A stretch of DNA of 64,000 nucleotides from an uncultured candidate division Zixibacteria bacterium. GTDB taxonomy: Bacteria; Zixibacteria; MSB-5A5; UBA10806; 4484-95. Below the pieces are notes generated by a model. It did no database searches, was not told where the DNA came from, and worked only from the letters and a program-made list of their open reading frames with translations. The translations under genes and the position numbers were made by a program. Location: the NCBI GenBank assembly GCA_963668625.2, contig CAXXKA010000001.1, positions 192,001-256,000 of the forward strand. The letters are read 5' to 3'. This document shows positions 52,064 through 62,344 of the stretch, in pieces (positions within the stretch are counted from its first letter, which is position 1; every line of letters starts with the position of its first letter).

Positions 52064-54502
52064 ATGCGAATAGCCGGATTAGTATCTATAGTGATTCTAT
52101 TATTGTCGGTATTCGCATATGCGAATATTGATGATTATTACGGTGAAACCATCCTTTCGGTAAGGCTTTCGGAAACGACTGCCGCTGATAGCTTTCTGGT
52201 ATACAATAGCTCTGGGCTTATACCCGGTAATACTCTTACCGCCGGTAAGGTACAGGATGCAGTAAAGAAAATATTCGCCCTCGGGCTTTTTTCCGATGTC
52301 AGTATTTTAGCGGAAAAGGGTTCTCGCGGGGTTGATATATTAATCGAGGTCCAATCCTATCCTCGTATTTCTAAAATCAAGTTTCGCGGCAACGACAAAA
52401 TCAAATCCAAGAAACTCAGAAAAGAAATTACGGTTAGCGATGGGAGAATTGTCTCGCCCGGCGTTATTAAAAGTAATACCGAACTTATAGAGCGAATCTA
52501 CGAGGATAAAGGCTATCTCAACGCCCGGGTGGAAACAGAAATTACACCCGATGATAAAGAGCCTGAAAAAGCTATCCTGACTTTTAAAATCAAAGAGGGT
52601 CGCAAAGTTAAAATACGGCGGGTGGCTTTTATCAACAACCGTGCTTTCACCGATAAGAAGCTACGCTCTAAAATATCCACCAAGCAGAAATCGCTTTTCA
52701 GATCCGGCAATTTCGATAGGGAAAAATTCCGCGAAGACAAGCAGAAAATTATCGATTTCTATAAAGAAAAAGGCTATATCGACGCTGTTATAACCTCCGA
52801 CAGTATTCTCTACGGCAATCAGGAGACTATGAGGTTCAGGGAATTCTCGGCGGTGCCCGGTGATAATGCCAAGGATATGTATGTTAAGTTCTATGTCGAT
52901 GAGGGTGAGCAATACTATTTCGGTAAATTTAGCTGGGAAGGTAACGAATTATTCAAAGATAGCAAGTTATCCTCGATTTTCAAAGTTAAAGAGGGTGATA
53001 TATACAGCCAGAAAAAATATGATGATATGCTGTTTAAGCTCTACGAACTCTACCAGGATGAGGGCTACTGGTACGTTCAAATAGATGAGCAAAAGAATCC
53101 TCGCGAGCAAACTCTCGATGTTCATTTCAACATTATAGAAGGCAGTCCGGTTTACGTACGCCTGGTCAATATCGAGGGTAACACCAAAACCAAAGATAAA
53201 GTGATTCGTCGCGAGTTGAAAATCAAACCCAATTCGGTATTCAAAAGATCGGTACTCGGCAGGTCAATCCGCGAGGTGATGGTCTTGAATTTCTTTGGCA
53301 ATGTCACCCCCGATTGGAATATATTGGATAACGGTGATATCGACCTGATATTAAAAGTCGAGGAGAAGCCCACCGGCCAATTCCAACTGGGCGCGGGTTA
53401 CTCGGCGGCCGATAAGCTGGTTGGCACGCTTGGCCTGGGGATGCCCAATTTCATGGGCGGTGGTCAAACTGTCTCGTTCAATACCGAATTCGGCGCCAGG
53501 CGTACTACTTTCAGCGTTAGTTATTACGAACCCTGGCTTCTGGATACACCAACCTCATTAGGGACAAGTGTATATTACCAGGAACGCGATTACTATGATT
53601 ATTACGATGAAGGCAGGGCCGGTGGTAGTATCCGTCTGGGCCGCAGGCTTAACTGGCCGGATAACTATTTCAAGGTTTATTCCAGCTACAGCCTCGAAAA
53701 GACAGATTGTTTCAATTTCTCGAATGATTATAAAGAAGCGTATATCGATACTATTAGAAATTTTTACATTTTTGATGGTGATGACTCAACGTTGGTGGCT
53801 GCGGATACTTCCTATGGGGGGGGGCAGGTCGCTTTCGACTGGCCGCTCATATCATCGGTATTATCATTAACCTTAGAGCGCGATTCGAAAAATCTGGCGC
53901 AATTCGCTACGGCAGGTTCTGATATCTGGTGGACCGGCGAGTTAGGTGGCACATTCCTGGGCGGCTATTGGGATTACTTCAAACAGTCGGTTAATTCCGA
54001 ATTCTACTACACGCCATTCTGGAAACTGACATTTACCTTAAAAGCTAAATGGGGGTATATGTTTGGTATCTATAATAAAAATGCTGTGTCTTATTCCGAA
54101 AAGTACACTCCGGGCGGAACCGATCCCGATGGTATCGTTCGCGGTTATGATGATTCTAAAGTAGGGCCTTTATTAGTAGACGGTAGAAACAATGAATACC
54201 CTATCGGTGGCCGAAGTATGGCGGTTTACAATCTTGAACTCGTATTTCCGCTTGTCGAACAGCAGTTTTATCTCTTATTATTTACGGATGCCGGTAACGC
54301 CTGGCTTTCGGCCAAAGAATTAACGAGAAATTTTTACGATCCCTGGGAATTGAAGAAATCGGTTGGGTTCGGATTCAGGGTAGTGGCTCCCATGGTTGGT
54401 ATTATCGGATTCGATTTCGGAATACCATTCAATGATTATAATATTGATGGAAGTAAGAATAGAGGTCTTAAGCCGCATTTCCAAATAGGGCGAGGATTTT
54501 AA
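52064..54502 (+). CDS. bamA: Outer-membrane assembly factor BamA
   Basis: POTRA repeats, GNTKTKDKVIRRE, VRGY motif, C-terminal Phe. Confidence 0.93.
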   Translation: MRIAGLVSIVILLLSVFAYANIDDYYGETILSVRLSETTAADSFLVYNSSGLIPGNTLTAGKVQDAVKKIFALGLFSDVSILAEKGSRGVDILIEVQSYPRISKIKFRGNDKIKSKKLRKEITVSDGRIVSPGVIKSNTELIERIYEDKGYLNARVETEITPDDKEPEKAILTFKIKEGRKVKIRRVAFINNRAFTDKKLRSKISTKQKSLFRSGNFDREKFREDKQKIIDFYKEKGYIDAVITSDSILYGNQETMRFREFSAVPGDNAKDMYVKFYVDEGEQYYFGKFSWEGNELFKDSKLSSIFKVKEGDIYSQKKYDDMLFKLYELYQDEGYWYVQIDEQKNPREQTLDVHFNIIEGSPVYVRLVNIEGNTKTKDKVIRRELKIKPNSVFKRSVLGRSIREVMVLNFFGNVTPDWNILDNGDIDLILKVEEKPTGQFQLGAGYSAADKLVGTLGLGMPNFMGGGQTVSFNTEFGARRTTFSVSYYEPWLLDTPTSLGTSVYYQERDYYDYYDEGRAGGSIRLGRRLNWPDNYFKVYSSYSLEKTDCFNFSNDYKEAYIDTIRNFYIFDGDDSTLVAADTSYGGGQVAFDWPLISSVLSLTLERDSKNLAQFATAGSDIWWTGELGGTFLGGYWDYFKQSVNSEFYYTPFWKLTFTLKAKWGYMFGIYNKNAVSYSEKYTPGGTDPDGIVRGYDDSKVGPLLVDGRNNEYPIGGRSMAVYNLELVFPLVEQQFYLLLFTDAGNAWLSAKELTRNFYDPWELKKSVGFGFRVVAPMVGIIGFDFGIPFNDYNIDGSKNRGLKPHFQIGRGF

Positions 54503-54516
54503 AGGAGAGTTAGAAA

Positions 54517-55035
54517 ATGCGTAACGCCGTTATAGTGTTTTTAATCATGATGTTTTGTTCGGTCGGCTTGTTGGCTGATGACGTTAAAATCGGTTATGTC
54601 GACTCACAACGGATTCGTGCCGAGTACCAGGCATTCCAGGAGGCTCAGGATAAGTTCGATAAGGATGTCGAAACCTGGGACGCGCAGGCACAGGAATTGA
54701 AAGGGCAAGTCGATCTGCTGACTGAAGAGTTGCAGGGGCAGTCGCTGATGCTTTCTCCCGAGAAGAAAAAGGAGAAAGAGGATTTCCTCAAGGCCAAACA
54801 GGATACGCTACAGCAGTTCATGGATGCCACTTACGGCCCCGGCGGAAAAGCCGAACGTCGCCTGGCAGAGCTTTCCAAGCCGGTCAGGGATAAAGTGCTC
54901 GAGGTAATCGAGGAGATATCTATCAAGAACGATTACTGGATCATTTTCGATTCGGGTACGACCAGTATTGCCTATGCCAAAAAGAGCCTGGATATCACCG
55001 ATGAGGTACTGGCCGAGCTTGCTGTTGAAGAATAA
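54517..55035 (+). CDS. skp: Periplasmic chaperone Skp/OmpH
   Basis: KIGYVD, DITDEVL; follows bamA. Confidence 0.9.
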   Translation: MRNAVIVFLIMMFCSVGLLADDVKIGYVDSQRIRAEYQAFQEAQDKFDKDVETWDAQAQELKGQVDLLTEELQGQSLMLSPEKKKEKEDFLKAKQDTLQQFMDATYGPGGKAERRLAELSKPVRDKVLEVIEEISIKNDYWIIFDSGTTSIAYAKKSLDITDEVLAELAVEE

Positions 55036-56048
55036 TGGAATTCAAGCTTTCCGAAATCGCCGAGAAAATCGGCGCGCAGTTAGAGGGCGATGATTTAACC
55101 GTTAAAGGATTATCGGCTATCGATAATCCTTTGCCCGATACTCTAACATACATTTTATCTAAAAAATATCGGAAACTTCTGCCCGAATGTGTTTGCCCGG
55201 CAGTAATCGCTCCGCCGGGGACTAAATCAGATAGACATAGTATACTTATCAAGAATGATCCATACCTGGGATTCGGTCTGGCGATGAGGCTTTTTCATCC
55301 CGACCATTACAGGCCGGAGCCCAAAACCGAACCCTCGGCGTATGTCTCGGATTCTGTTGTACTGGGCAAAAACATTTATATAGGCCATCATGCCGTAATC
55401 GAGGACAACGTAAAGATCGGTGATAACACCGTGATTCACTCCGGCGTTCATGTCGGCCGGGATACCGTAATCGGTTCCGATTGCTATATATATCCCAATG
55501 TCGTTATCATGCATAATATCACGATAGGTAACAGAGTGGCCATTTATGCCACGGCCGTGGTTGGCTCCGACGGTTTCGGTTATGCCAGGAACGGCGCGAT
55601 ATTCGCCAAAATCCCGCAGATTGGCACGGTCGTAATCGAGGATGATGTCGAGATCGGCGCCGGAACGACGATTGACCGGGCGACGATGGGCGAGACCGTG
55701 ATAGGAACCGGCGCGATTCTGGATAACCTGGTGCAGGTTGCGCATAACTGCCGGGTTGGCGCGGGTTCTATTTTATGTGCGCAAGTCGGGCTGGCCGGCA
55801 CTACCACGTTAGGCAAGAATGTTACGCTGGCAGGCCAGGTGGGATTAGCCGGGCATCTCAATGTAGGCGATGGCGTCGTGATCGCGGCTCAATCCGGCGT
55901 ACCCGGAGATATCGAGCCGGGCAAGATAATGTTCGGCACACCGGCCCGTGAGGCTATGCATGCCAAACGTATCGAAGCAATAATAAATCATCTTCCGGAG
56001 TATATTCAAAGGTTACGAAATATTGAAAAGAAAATCGGTAACGACTAA
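55035..56048 (+). CDS. lpxD: UDP-3-O-acylglucosamine N-acyltransferase
   Basis: GSDGFGY, TTIDR, DNLVQVAHN, hexapeptide repeats. Confidence 0.95.
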   Translation: MEFKLSEIAEKIGAQLEGDDLTVKGLSAIDNPLPDTLTYILSKKYRKLLPECVCPAVIAPPGTKSDRHSILIKNDPYLGFGLAMRLFHPDHYRPEPKTEPSAYVSDSVVLGKNIYIGHHAVIEDNVKIGDNTVIHSGVHVGRDTVIGSDCYIYPNVVIMHNITIGNRVAIYATAVVGSDGFGYARNGAIFAKIPQIGTVVIEDDVEIGAGTTIDRATMGETVIGTGAILDNLVQVAHNCRVGAGSILCAQVGLAGTTTLGKNVTLAGQVGLAGHLNVGDGVVIAAQSGVPGDIEPGKIMFGTPAREAMHAKRIEAIINHLPEYIQRLRNIEKKIGND

Positions 56049-56061
56049 TAATTCCGGTAGT

Positions 56062-56087
56062 GGAACTATTAGAAATTATTTATCGTT
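56062..56087 (+). promoter_or_regulatory. Putative ECF-sigma promoter of trxA
   Basis: GGAAC-N17-CGTT. Confidence 0.6.
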
Positions 56088-56130
56088 ATTTTGATTGAAA
56101 GATGTTAATGGACTTACAGGAGGAAAATAG

Positions 56131-56460
56131 ATGTCCGATTTGTTGCAAATAACTGATCAAAACTTCGATTCTGAAGTGTTGAAATCTGATGTTCCGGTCT
56201 TAGTGGATTTTTGGGCTGAATGGTGTGGTCCGTGTAAAATGATTGCCCCGGTAGTCGAGGAATTGGCCGGCGAATATAATGGCAAACTCAAAGTCGGTAA
56301 GCTTGATGTTGACGCTCATGGCTCGATAGCTCAACAATACCGCATACTTTCGATCCCGACCGTTATAATTTTCAAAAACGGCCAGGTTGAATCCCAGATT
56401 GTCGGCGCTGTGCCGAAAAAAGAATTCCAGAAACATATAGATAAGGCTCTGTCGAATTAA
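56131..56460 (+). CDS. trxA: Thioredoxin
   Basis: WCGPC. Confidence 0.97.
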   Translation: MSDLLQITDQNFDSEVLKSDVPVLVDFWAEWCGPCKMIAPVVEELAGEYNGKLKVGKLDVDAHGSIAQQYRILSIPTVIIFKNGQVESQIVGAVPKKEFQKHIDKALSN

Positions 56461-56462
56461 TT

Positions 56463-56873
56463 ATGGATACGTACGCCTCACAGGATGTGATAAAGGATAT
56501 AGTCAAAAACAGTAAAAACATAGCTGTTGTCGGCCTTTCGGATAAACCCGACCGGGCTTCTTACAGTGTGGCCTCTTATCTCAAGAGCAAAGGATATACG
56601 ATAATACCCGTAAACCCTACCAAGACTGAGATACTGGATGAAAAATGCTACCCCGATTTAAAGTCGATTGCCGGTGATATCGATGTCGTGAACGTGTTTC
56701 GCAGAAGCGACGCGGTTATGCCGATAGTCGAGGAAGCGATCGAGGTGGGCGCAAAAGCTGTCTGGATGCAGGAAGGCGTAGTCAATGAGCAGGCTGCCCG
56801 AAAAGCTGAGGAGGCCGGTTTGAAAGTAGTAATGGACAGATGTCTTTTAAAAGAGCATGTACGTTTGAAATAG
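56463..56873 (+). CDS. CoA-binding protein (YccU-like)
   Basis: IAVVGLSDKPDRAS, VWMQEG, MDRC. Confidence 0.9.
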   Translation: MDTYASQDVIKDIVKNSKNIAVVGLSDKPDRASYSVASYLKSKGYTIIPVNPTKTEILDEKCYPDLKSIAGDIDVVNVFRRSDAVMPIVEEAIEVGAKAVWMQEGVVNEQAARKAEEAGLKVVMDRCLLKEHVRLK

Positions 56874-57052
56874 TGAATTTATTGTAGATTTTAAAATCCT
56901 TGCCTGTTTCCGCCACGAATGATTCGTTTTTTGACGGAAACGGGCTTTTTTTTCGAGTTTAATCGTTTTTTTGATAGTATAATAAGCAAAGTAGAAAAGC
57001 TTGTACGTTATTTGCCGATTGTATATAATGAAAACCAAATGGTAGGGACTAA

Positions 57053-57511
57053 ATGAGACCGTACACGAAGATACCGAAAAATCAGGATGTTGAGTTGGAA
57101 TGGACCGGCGGCCTAAAGTTTATCTCGAAGGCGGGCTCCAAGCATGAGATCGTCCTCGATGGTTCACCGGAACACGGCGGCAACGATACCGGGCTGCGGC
57201 CGATGGAGGCGCTGTTATCCTCGCTGGGAAGCTGTACCGGTATGGACCTGGCAACGATTCTGCGAAAGAAACGTCGCGATTTACGAAAACTGAAAGTAAA
57301 ACTTCATGGCGAACGCTCCGGGACACATCCTCATGTTTTTAAAACGATAAGTATGGAGTATAAAATTTGGGGCAGCGATATCACCGACGGTGACGTGCAA
57401 TGGGCGCTCGATTTATCGCTCAAGAAATATTGCTCGGTCGCAGCCATGCTTCAGAAATGCTGCAATATCAATTACAAATGGCGTATTTACAAGAAGGACT
57501 CTAACAACTGA
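57053..57511 (+). CDS. OsmC/YhfA-family protein
   Basis: RPME.LL..LGSC, KYCSV. Confidence 0.88.
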   Translation: MRPYTKIPKNQDVELEWTGGLKFISKAGSKHEIVLDGSPEHGGNDTGLRPMEALLSSLGSCTGMDLATILRKKRRDLRKLKVKLHGERSGTHPHVFKTISMEYKIWGSDITDGDVQWALDLSLKKYCSVAAMLQKCCNINYKWRIYKKDSNN

Positions 57512-58317
57512 TGAGTAACTTTCGTCAAAGCTGGGGGGCAACCGGCGGTGGAATATTGCCACCGGTAATTAAGGCGTTGTTGATATCGAACGCGGCTGTA
57601 TTTCTGCTTTCGTATTTCGCCTATCCGTTTATGACTCGATTTTTCGGCCTGGTCCCGATTGCCGTATGGAGTCAGTTCAGAGTCTGGCAGCTCGCAACAT
57701 ACATGTTTTTACATGGCGGTATTTGGCATATTTTATTCAATATGTTCGTTCTCTGGATGTTCGGTTCCGATCTGGAGCGTACCTGGGGAAGCCGGGAGTT
57801 CTTGAAATACTACATGATTTGCGGTATCGGGGCCGGAATTTTCAACGTGCTCTTCCAGCCGACCTCAACCATACCGATTATCGGCGCCTCGGGCGCAATT
57901 TACGGTGTGCTTGTAGCATTCGCGCTGCTGTTTCCCAATCGTACGGTTTTTATCTATTTCCTTTTCCCGATAAAAGTAAAATACCTGGTTATCATTCTGG
58001 TTGCGGTCGAATTCATCTCCTCGTTAGGCTCATCGAGTGGTGGTGGTGTCGCACACCTGGCTCACCTTGGAGGCGCTGTTGTCGGCTTTATTTATATCAA
58101 AGGTTTTTTACAGGGACGGTCTATCAAATGGAAAATATCCAGCTATTTCCACCGTCAGCGTATGGAACGAATGGCCAGGCAGCATGAGCAGGAAGAGATA
58201 TTAATGCAGGAAGTCGATCGAATACTTGACAAAATTAATCAGGTAGGCTACGATAACCTAACGAAAAAAGAGAAGAAGATTCTGGAAGAAGCTTCCGACA
58301 AACTTTCAAAGAAGTAA
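57511..58317 (+). CDS. Rhomboid intramembrane serine protease
   Basis: FLHG..HILFNM, GASG, AHLGG; C-terminal VDRILDKI tail. Confidence 0.92.
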   Translation: MSNFRQSWGATGGGILPPVIKALLISNAAVFLLSYFAYPFMTRFFGLVPIAVWSQFRVWQLATYMFLHGGIWHILFNMFVLWMFGSDLERTWGSREFLKYYMICGIGAGIFNVLFQPTSTIPIIGASGAIYGVLVAFALLFPNRTVFIYFLFPIKVKYLVIILVAVEFISSLGSSSGGGVAHLAHLGGAVVGFIYIKGFLQGRSIKWKISSYFHRQRMERMARQHEQEEILMQEVDRILDKINQVGYDNLTKKEKKILEEASDKLSKK

Positions 58318-58352
58318 TATTTTATTACGATCTCGATTGACGGGATGAGATC

Positions 58353-59399
58353 ATGAAAAAAATTCTGGTAGTAGAAAATTCACCCACCATAATCAGCGTT
58401 GCCGACTCGTTGCTAAGGACAAAAGGTTATGATGTAACCTGTCTAACCAATGGCGAGAAAGCGCTGGAGTTTGCCCAAACCGAAAAGCCCGACCTGATAT
58501 TGACGGCTATCGGTCTTGATGGTATCGATGGTTTACAGCTTTGTAGTAAGATTACTTCCGGGCCGGTTACCGGTGGTATTCCGGTGGTGTTATTAATTGG
58601 CGATAAAGATGATATCTACGAGGATAAATTCGATGTCAGCGGCGCGAGGGGACGCTTGAAAAAACCATTTTCGCCTAAAGAGCTCGTTTCTATAGTCGCG
58701 AAATTTACCGGCGGAGACAAGATGCGTCCGGCAAAGGTCGTCGATCAAAAGGATGAGACGGGACCCCGATTAACGCCAGTGGATTCGCCCGAGGAGGTTG
58801 GCTCCGCCACGACTAATGTCGCCCGAGATAAATCGGATGCCAGAAGGCATGAGACCGTGTTTAATCTCGAGTGGCAGGATTTGAAAGACGATCCCGATTT
58901 CGAGGTCGAAAGACAGGGAGCCGCCGAAAACGATGATTCGGGATTGGTTATCGATGATGACCAATACGGCCTGGCGAAATTAAACGATGAGATGGTACCG
59001 ATTGCGCCCAATGCCGAGGATGAGGATTATGACTGGTTTATCGGTGAGATGAAAAAAGAAATAGAGAAACCGGAGGATGGGAAGAAACCGGGAGAGCCAG
59101 CCGATAAAACGGCATCTCAGCCTGAACATGCGAAGGCAAAGCAGGATGTTTCTTATGACAATATCGGCAACCCGGCCGCCGGCTCCAAAGATGATGCCAA
59201 GTACCGTCAGTTTTTAGAGCAGTTCAAGAAAGATACCTCCGTACTTACCGCGGCCAAGCCGGATGAGGGATCGGGTGTTGATGTTAACTGGCTCGTCGAT
59301 CGTATTGCCGACAGGTTAGCGCAGAAGATTGTAGAGAAACTCGATAAAGATGAACTTCGCCAGATAATAGGTTCGATGCTTGGCGACATGAAGAAGTAA
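58353..59399 (+). CDS. Atypical receiver-domain protein with long acidic linker
   Basis: KKILVVENS, KPDLILTAI, KPF; phosphoacceptor Asp position occupied by Ala. Confidence 0.75.
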   Translation: MKKILVVENSPTIISVADSLLRTKGYDVTCLTNGEKALEFAQTEKPDLILTAIGLDGIDGLQLCSKITSGPVTGGIPVVLLIGDKDDIYEDKFDVSGARGRLKKPFSPKELVSIVAKFTGGDKMRPAKVVDQKDETGPRLTPVDSPEEVGSATTNVARDKSDARRHETVFNLEWQDLKDDPDFEVERQGAAENDDSGLVIDDDQYGLAKLNDEMVPIAPNAEDEDYDWFIGEMKKEIEKPEDGKKPGEPADKTASQPEHAKAKQDVSYDNIGNPAAGSKDDAKYRQFLEQFKKDTSVLTAAKPDEGSGVDVNWLVDRIADRLAQKIVEKLDKDELRQIIGSMLGDMKK

Positions 59400-59463
59400 C
59401 TTGAATAATATATGTATCCCTACCGATATACTATATTAAACGGATATTAACCTATTGACTAAT

Positions 59464-59489
59464 GGAACTGATGTGTTTTTATTATAGTT
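59464..59489 (+). promoter_or_regulatory. Putative ECF-sigma promoter of ccdA-anti-sigma
   Basis: GGAAC-N18-GTT. Confidence 0.55.
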
Positions 59490-59517
59490 TATTTGAACAT
59501 ACATGTAAGGAGAAGTA

Positions 59518-60243
59518 ATGGGCAATATCACATTGATTACGGCATTTGGAGCGGGACTTCTATCATTTATCTCGCCATGTGTGCTACCTATCGTACCGGG
59601 TTATTTATCATTCATATCAGGTGTCTCGATGGAGGAGATGCAGAAGAAAAACACCGGAGCTATTCGGCGGGTTTTTATCAACTCGCTGTTTTTCGTTCTC
59701 GGTTTTTCGGTGGTATTCATATCTCTAGGCGCGGGCGCCACATTTGTCAGCCAGTTTTTAACCGATTACATGCATATAATAAGCAAAGTTGCCGGCGTGT
59801 TCCTGGTGTTACTGGGCATTCATTTTTTAGGTTTATATAAGATTAAATTTCTTAATTATGAACAACGTTTTCATGTAGGCTCCAAAAAGGTTGGTGTGAT
59901 TGGCTCGTTCTTTGTCGGGTTCGCTTTCGCGTTCGGCTGGACCCCATGTATCGGACCGATACTGGCCGGTATTTTAGCTATTGCCGCCAGCGAGGAGACT
60001 GTCATGCGCGGGATTATACTCCTGGCATTCTATTCGGCCGGTCTGGCTCTCCCGTTTTTAATTACCGCTGTTGCTTTCAACAGCTTCTTATCGGTTTCCG
60101 GAAAGATTAAAAAACATTTTCGCATCGTCGAGATTATCGGCGGCGTGTTGTTGATATTAATAGGTATATTAATCTTCACCGGCTCGCTCGGTTACCTTTC
60201 GGGTTTAATATCCGAGTGGTTTCCCTGGTTAGAGCTCGGTTAA
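59518..60243 (+). CDS. ccdA: CcdA/DsbD-type thiol-disulfide transporter
   Basis: SFISPCVLP, FGWTPCIGPIL. Confidence 0.93.
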   Translation: MGNITLITAFGAGLLSFISPCVLPIVPGYLSFISGVSMEEMQKKNTGAIRRVFINSLFFVLGFSVVFISLGAGATFVSQFLTDYMHIISKVAGVFLVLLGIHFLGLYKIKFLNYEQRFHVGSKKVGVIGSFFVGFAFAFGWTPCIGPILAGILAIAASEETVMRGIILLAFYSAGLALPFLITAVAFNSFLSVSGKIKKHFRIVEIIGGVLLILIGILIFTGSLGYLSGLISEWFPWLELG

Positions 60244-60301
60244 AGATTAATAATCGTAAAGTGTTAAAGGTGAGCATGAAAGAGGGGAAGAAACAAACAT
60301 C

Positions 60302-61102
60302 ATGAGCTGTAAATTCGATGAGAGAATAATTCACCTTTACGCCGACGGAGAATTAGGTGAAACTGCCAGGGCGCGGGTCGAGGAACACCTGAGTATCTGT
60401 GATGATTGCAGGATCAAGTACAAAACTATCATGATAATTCGCCAGGAGTTGGCAACCGCTTGTATCGCCGAAAAAGCTCCCGGCTATCTGGCAACGCGAA
60501 TAAAGGCCAACCTCGATAATATCGATAATACCGAATCGGTTAGTCTGGGGGTGTTCGATCGATTTCGCATGATGCTGATGAATTTCAAAGGCTCGAAAGC
60601 GGCGGCTACGGCATTCGCTTTCGGGCTTGTTTTGATGTTCGTGTTATTTCCGGGAGAGCAGGGATTAAGCAGTATGGCCGGCGAACTGGCGCAGGCTCAT
60701 GTCAGCTATCCCGACAGGGTGAGCGCCATGTCGATCAACTCGGAAAGCAGCGAACAGGTAGGGGCGTTTTTGTCGGGTAATTTGGGAATTGCTGTTAAAT
60801 TACCGCAAAAACTTTCAGGCGATGTACATCTTACCGGCGCTAGAATAGTCGAAATCGACGGTATGAAAGCTGCTCATGCATATTATGCCGATAATGACAT
60901 GCAGTGCTCGTTGTTTATTTTCCAGACGCCCGAATCGGGGAACAAGCCCAAGTACACCATGCGGGCCGCCGATAGGGAATATGAGATCGGTAGTTCCTCG
61001 GATGTCAACTTTATATGCTGGCACGAGGGGCAAATGGCATATGTACTTTGCGGATGCTGTTGTTTCGATAAACTGACTCAATTAGCAACATCCGGCGTCT
61101 GA
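60302..61102 (+). CDS. Zinc-finger (HxxxCxxC) transmembrane anti-sigma factor
   Basis: YADGEL...EEHLSICDDC, one TM, periplasmic domain. Confidence 0.85.
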   Translation: MSCKFDERIIHLYADGELGETARARVEEHLSICDDCRIKYKTIMIIRQELATACIAEKAPGYLATRIKANLDNIDNTESVSLGVFDRFRMMLMNFKGSKAAATAFAFGLVLMFVLFPGEQGLSSMAGELAQAHVSYPDRVSAMSINSESSEQVGAFLSGNLGIAVKLPQKLSGDVHLTGARIVEIDGMKAAHAYYADNDMQCSLFIFQTPESGNKPKYTMRAADREYEIGSSSDVNFICWHEGQMAYVLCGCCCFDKLTQLATSGV

Positions 61103-61186
61103 TTATTTGAAAAATCTTTTCCATACGTATTGATTTTTTACTACGAGTTTCTTACATTGCTATAAATATGAAACTGCTTTAACTGC

Positions 61187-61927
61187 ATGGCGCGGGTGAT
61201 AAATATGAATAATAAATGTATTGTGATATTCGCCAACGATCCTGACAACAGCGATGATCTGAAAGAATTCTATCCGATTTTTGGCAAAAAGAATTCTGCA
61301 TATTTAAGCAGGGCTATGCTTTTCGATACGCTGGCGATGTGCCTTTCATTACCGCGTACGGATGTCATAGTGGCCTATTATCCGGCTAAAACCAAAGCCA
61401 ATTACGAGCGTATGCTGGATGTTTTCAAGCATGAGGAATTTGACAACAAACTCCAAAAGAAAGCCGATACCATAAATTCCGTCCCGCAAAACGGCAACCG
61501 GATCATGAAACGCATCTCCAATGTTTTCGATGAGGCTTTCAAGAAGGGATATAAGCAGGTTGAGATGATTGGAGCGTATGGATTGGCTACCGACCATCAT
61601 CTGCTGAAAGCCGGTTATCTGTTACTCGATGAGAACGATTTCGTTATCGGGCCTTCATTTAGCGGACGGTATTACTTGTTTGGCATGTCGCGGTTTATGC
61701 CTGATGTTTTCGATGGCGTGACCTGGGAGAGTAAAGATTTCTATGTCAAGATTAACGAAAACATCCAAAATATCGGCGCTTCGGTTCAGGAATTGGAGAT
61801 ATCTTACGAGGTTTACACCCCGGATGAGTTAAACCAGTTGATGCTCGATATAGAGCGCTGGCGCAGCCTGGGTGATGAGCGTACAGCTTATCATACGGAA
61901 AGATGCCTGCGCGCGATACAGCAGTAG
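61187..61927 (+). CDS. DUF2064-like (GT-A fold) protein, degenerate
   Basis: IVIFA, PQNG, MIG, VIGP...GRYYLFG pattern of the DUF2064 family. Confidence 0.6.
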   Translation: MARVINMNNKCIVIFANDPDNSDDLKEFYPIFGKKNSAYLSRAMLFDTLAMCLSLPRTDVIVAYYPAKTKANYERMLDVFKHEEFDNKLQKKADTINSVPQNGNRIMKRISNVFDEAFKKGYKQVEMIGAYGLATDHHLLKAGYLLLDENDFVIGPSFSGRYYLFGMSRFMPDVFDGVTWESKDFYVKINENIQNIGASVQELEISYEVYTPDELNQLMLDIERWRSLGDERTAYHTERCLRAIQQ

Positions 61928-62130
61928 TAATCGTTAGTTTCGATCAATTTATATAGATTAGTATATTTAAATACTATTGTGGTTTGGGTATGTTCTCGTG
62001 CCCTAATACATGGCAGTATAGATGTTAAGCAGCAGATGAGTATATCTGCCAGACATAGGATTATCGCGTCAAAACCACAGGGATTTTGACTACTCGAATT
62101 TGGCGGACAGTATAATATTTTAAATTGATT

Positions 62131-62166
62131 GGTGCCCCATCCCCGCCTAAAGCGGGGGTGGGGATG
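62131..62166 (+). repeat. GGTGCCCCATCCC-type palindromic repeat, copy 2
   Basis: CCCCATCCCCGC-ctaaa-GCGGGGGTGGGG, 12-bp stem with one G-U pair. Confidence 0.6.
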
Positions 62167-62344
62167 TTGCCGATCGGCAGGCGGCTGGCGTTTTGACTCT
62201 TTTTAATATGTTGCATCATGTTTAACGCTAAATATCCCGACCGATCCGTTTTTGACTAATTCTTAAGTTTAACCCAAATCACTGCCGATAATTATGTATG
62301 AAAGTGTGAATAAAGTATAAACGTATAAATAGAATCTTATTGTA

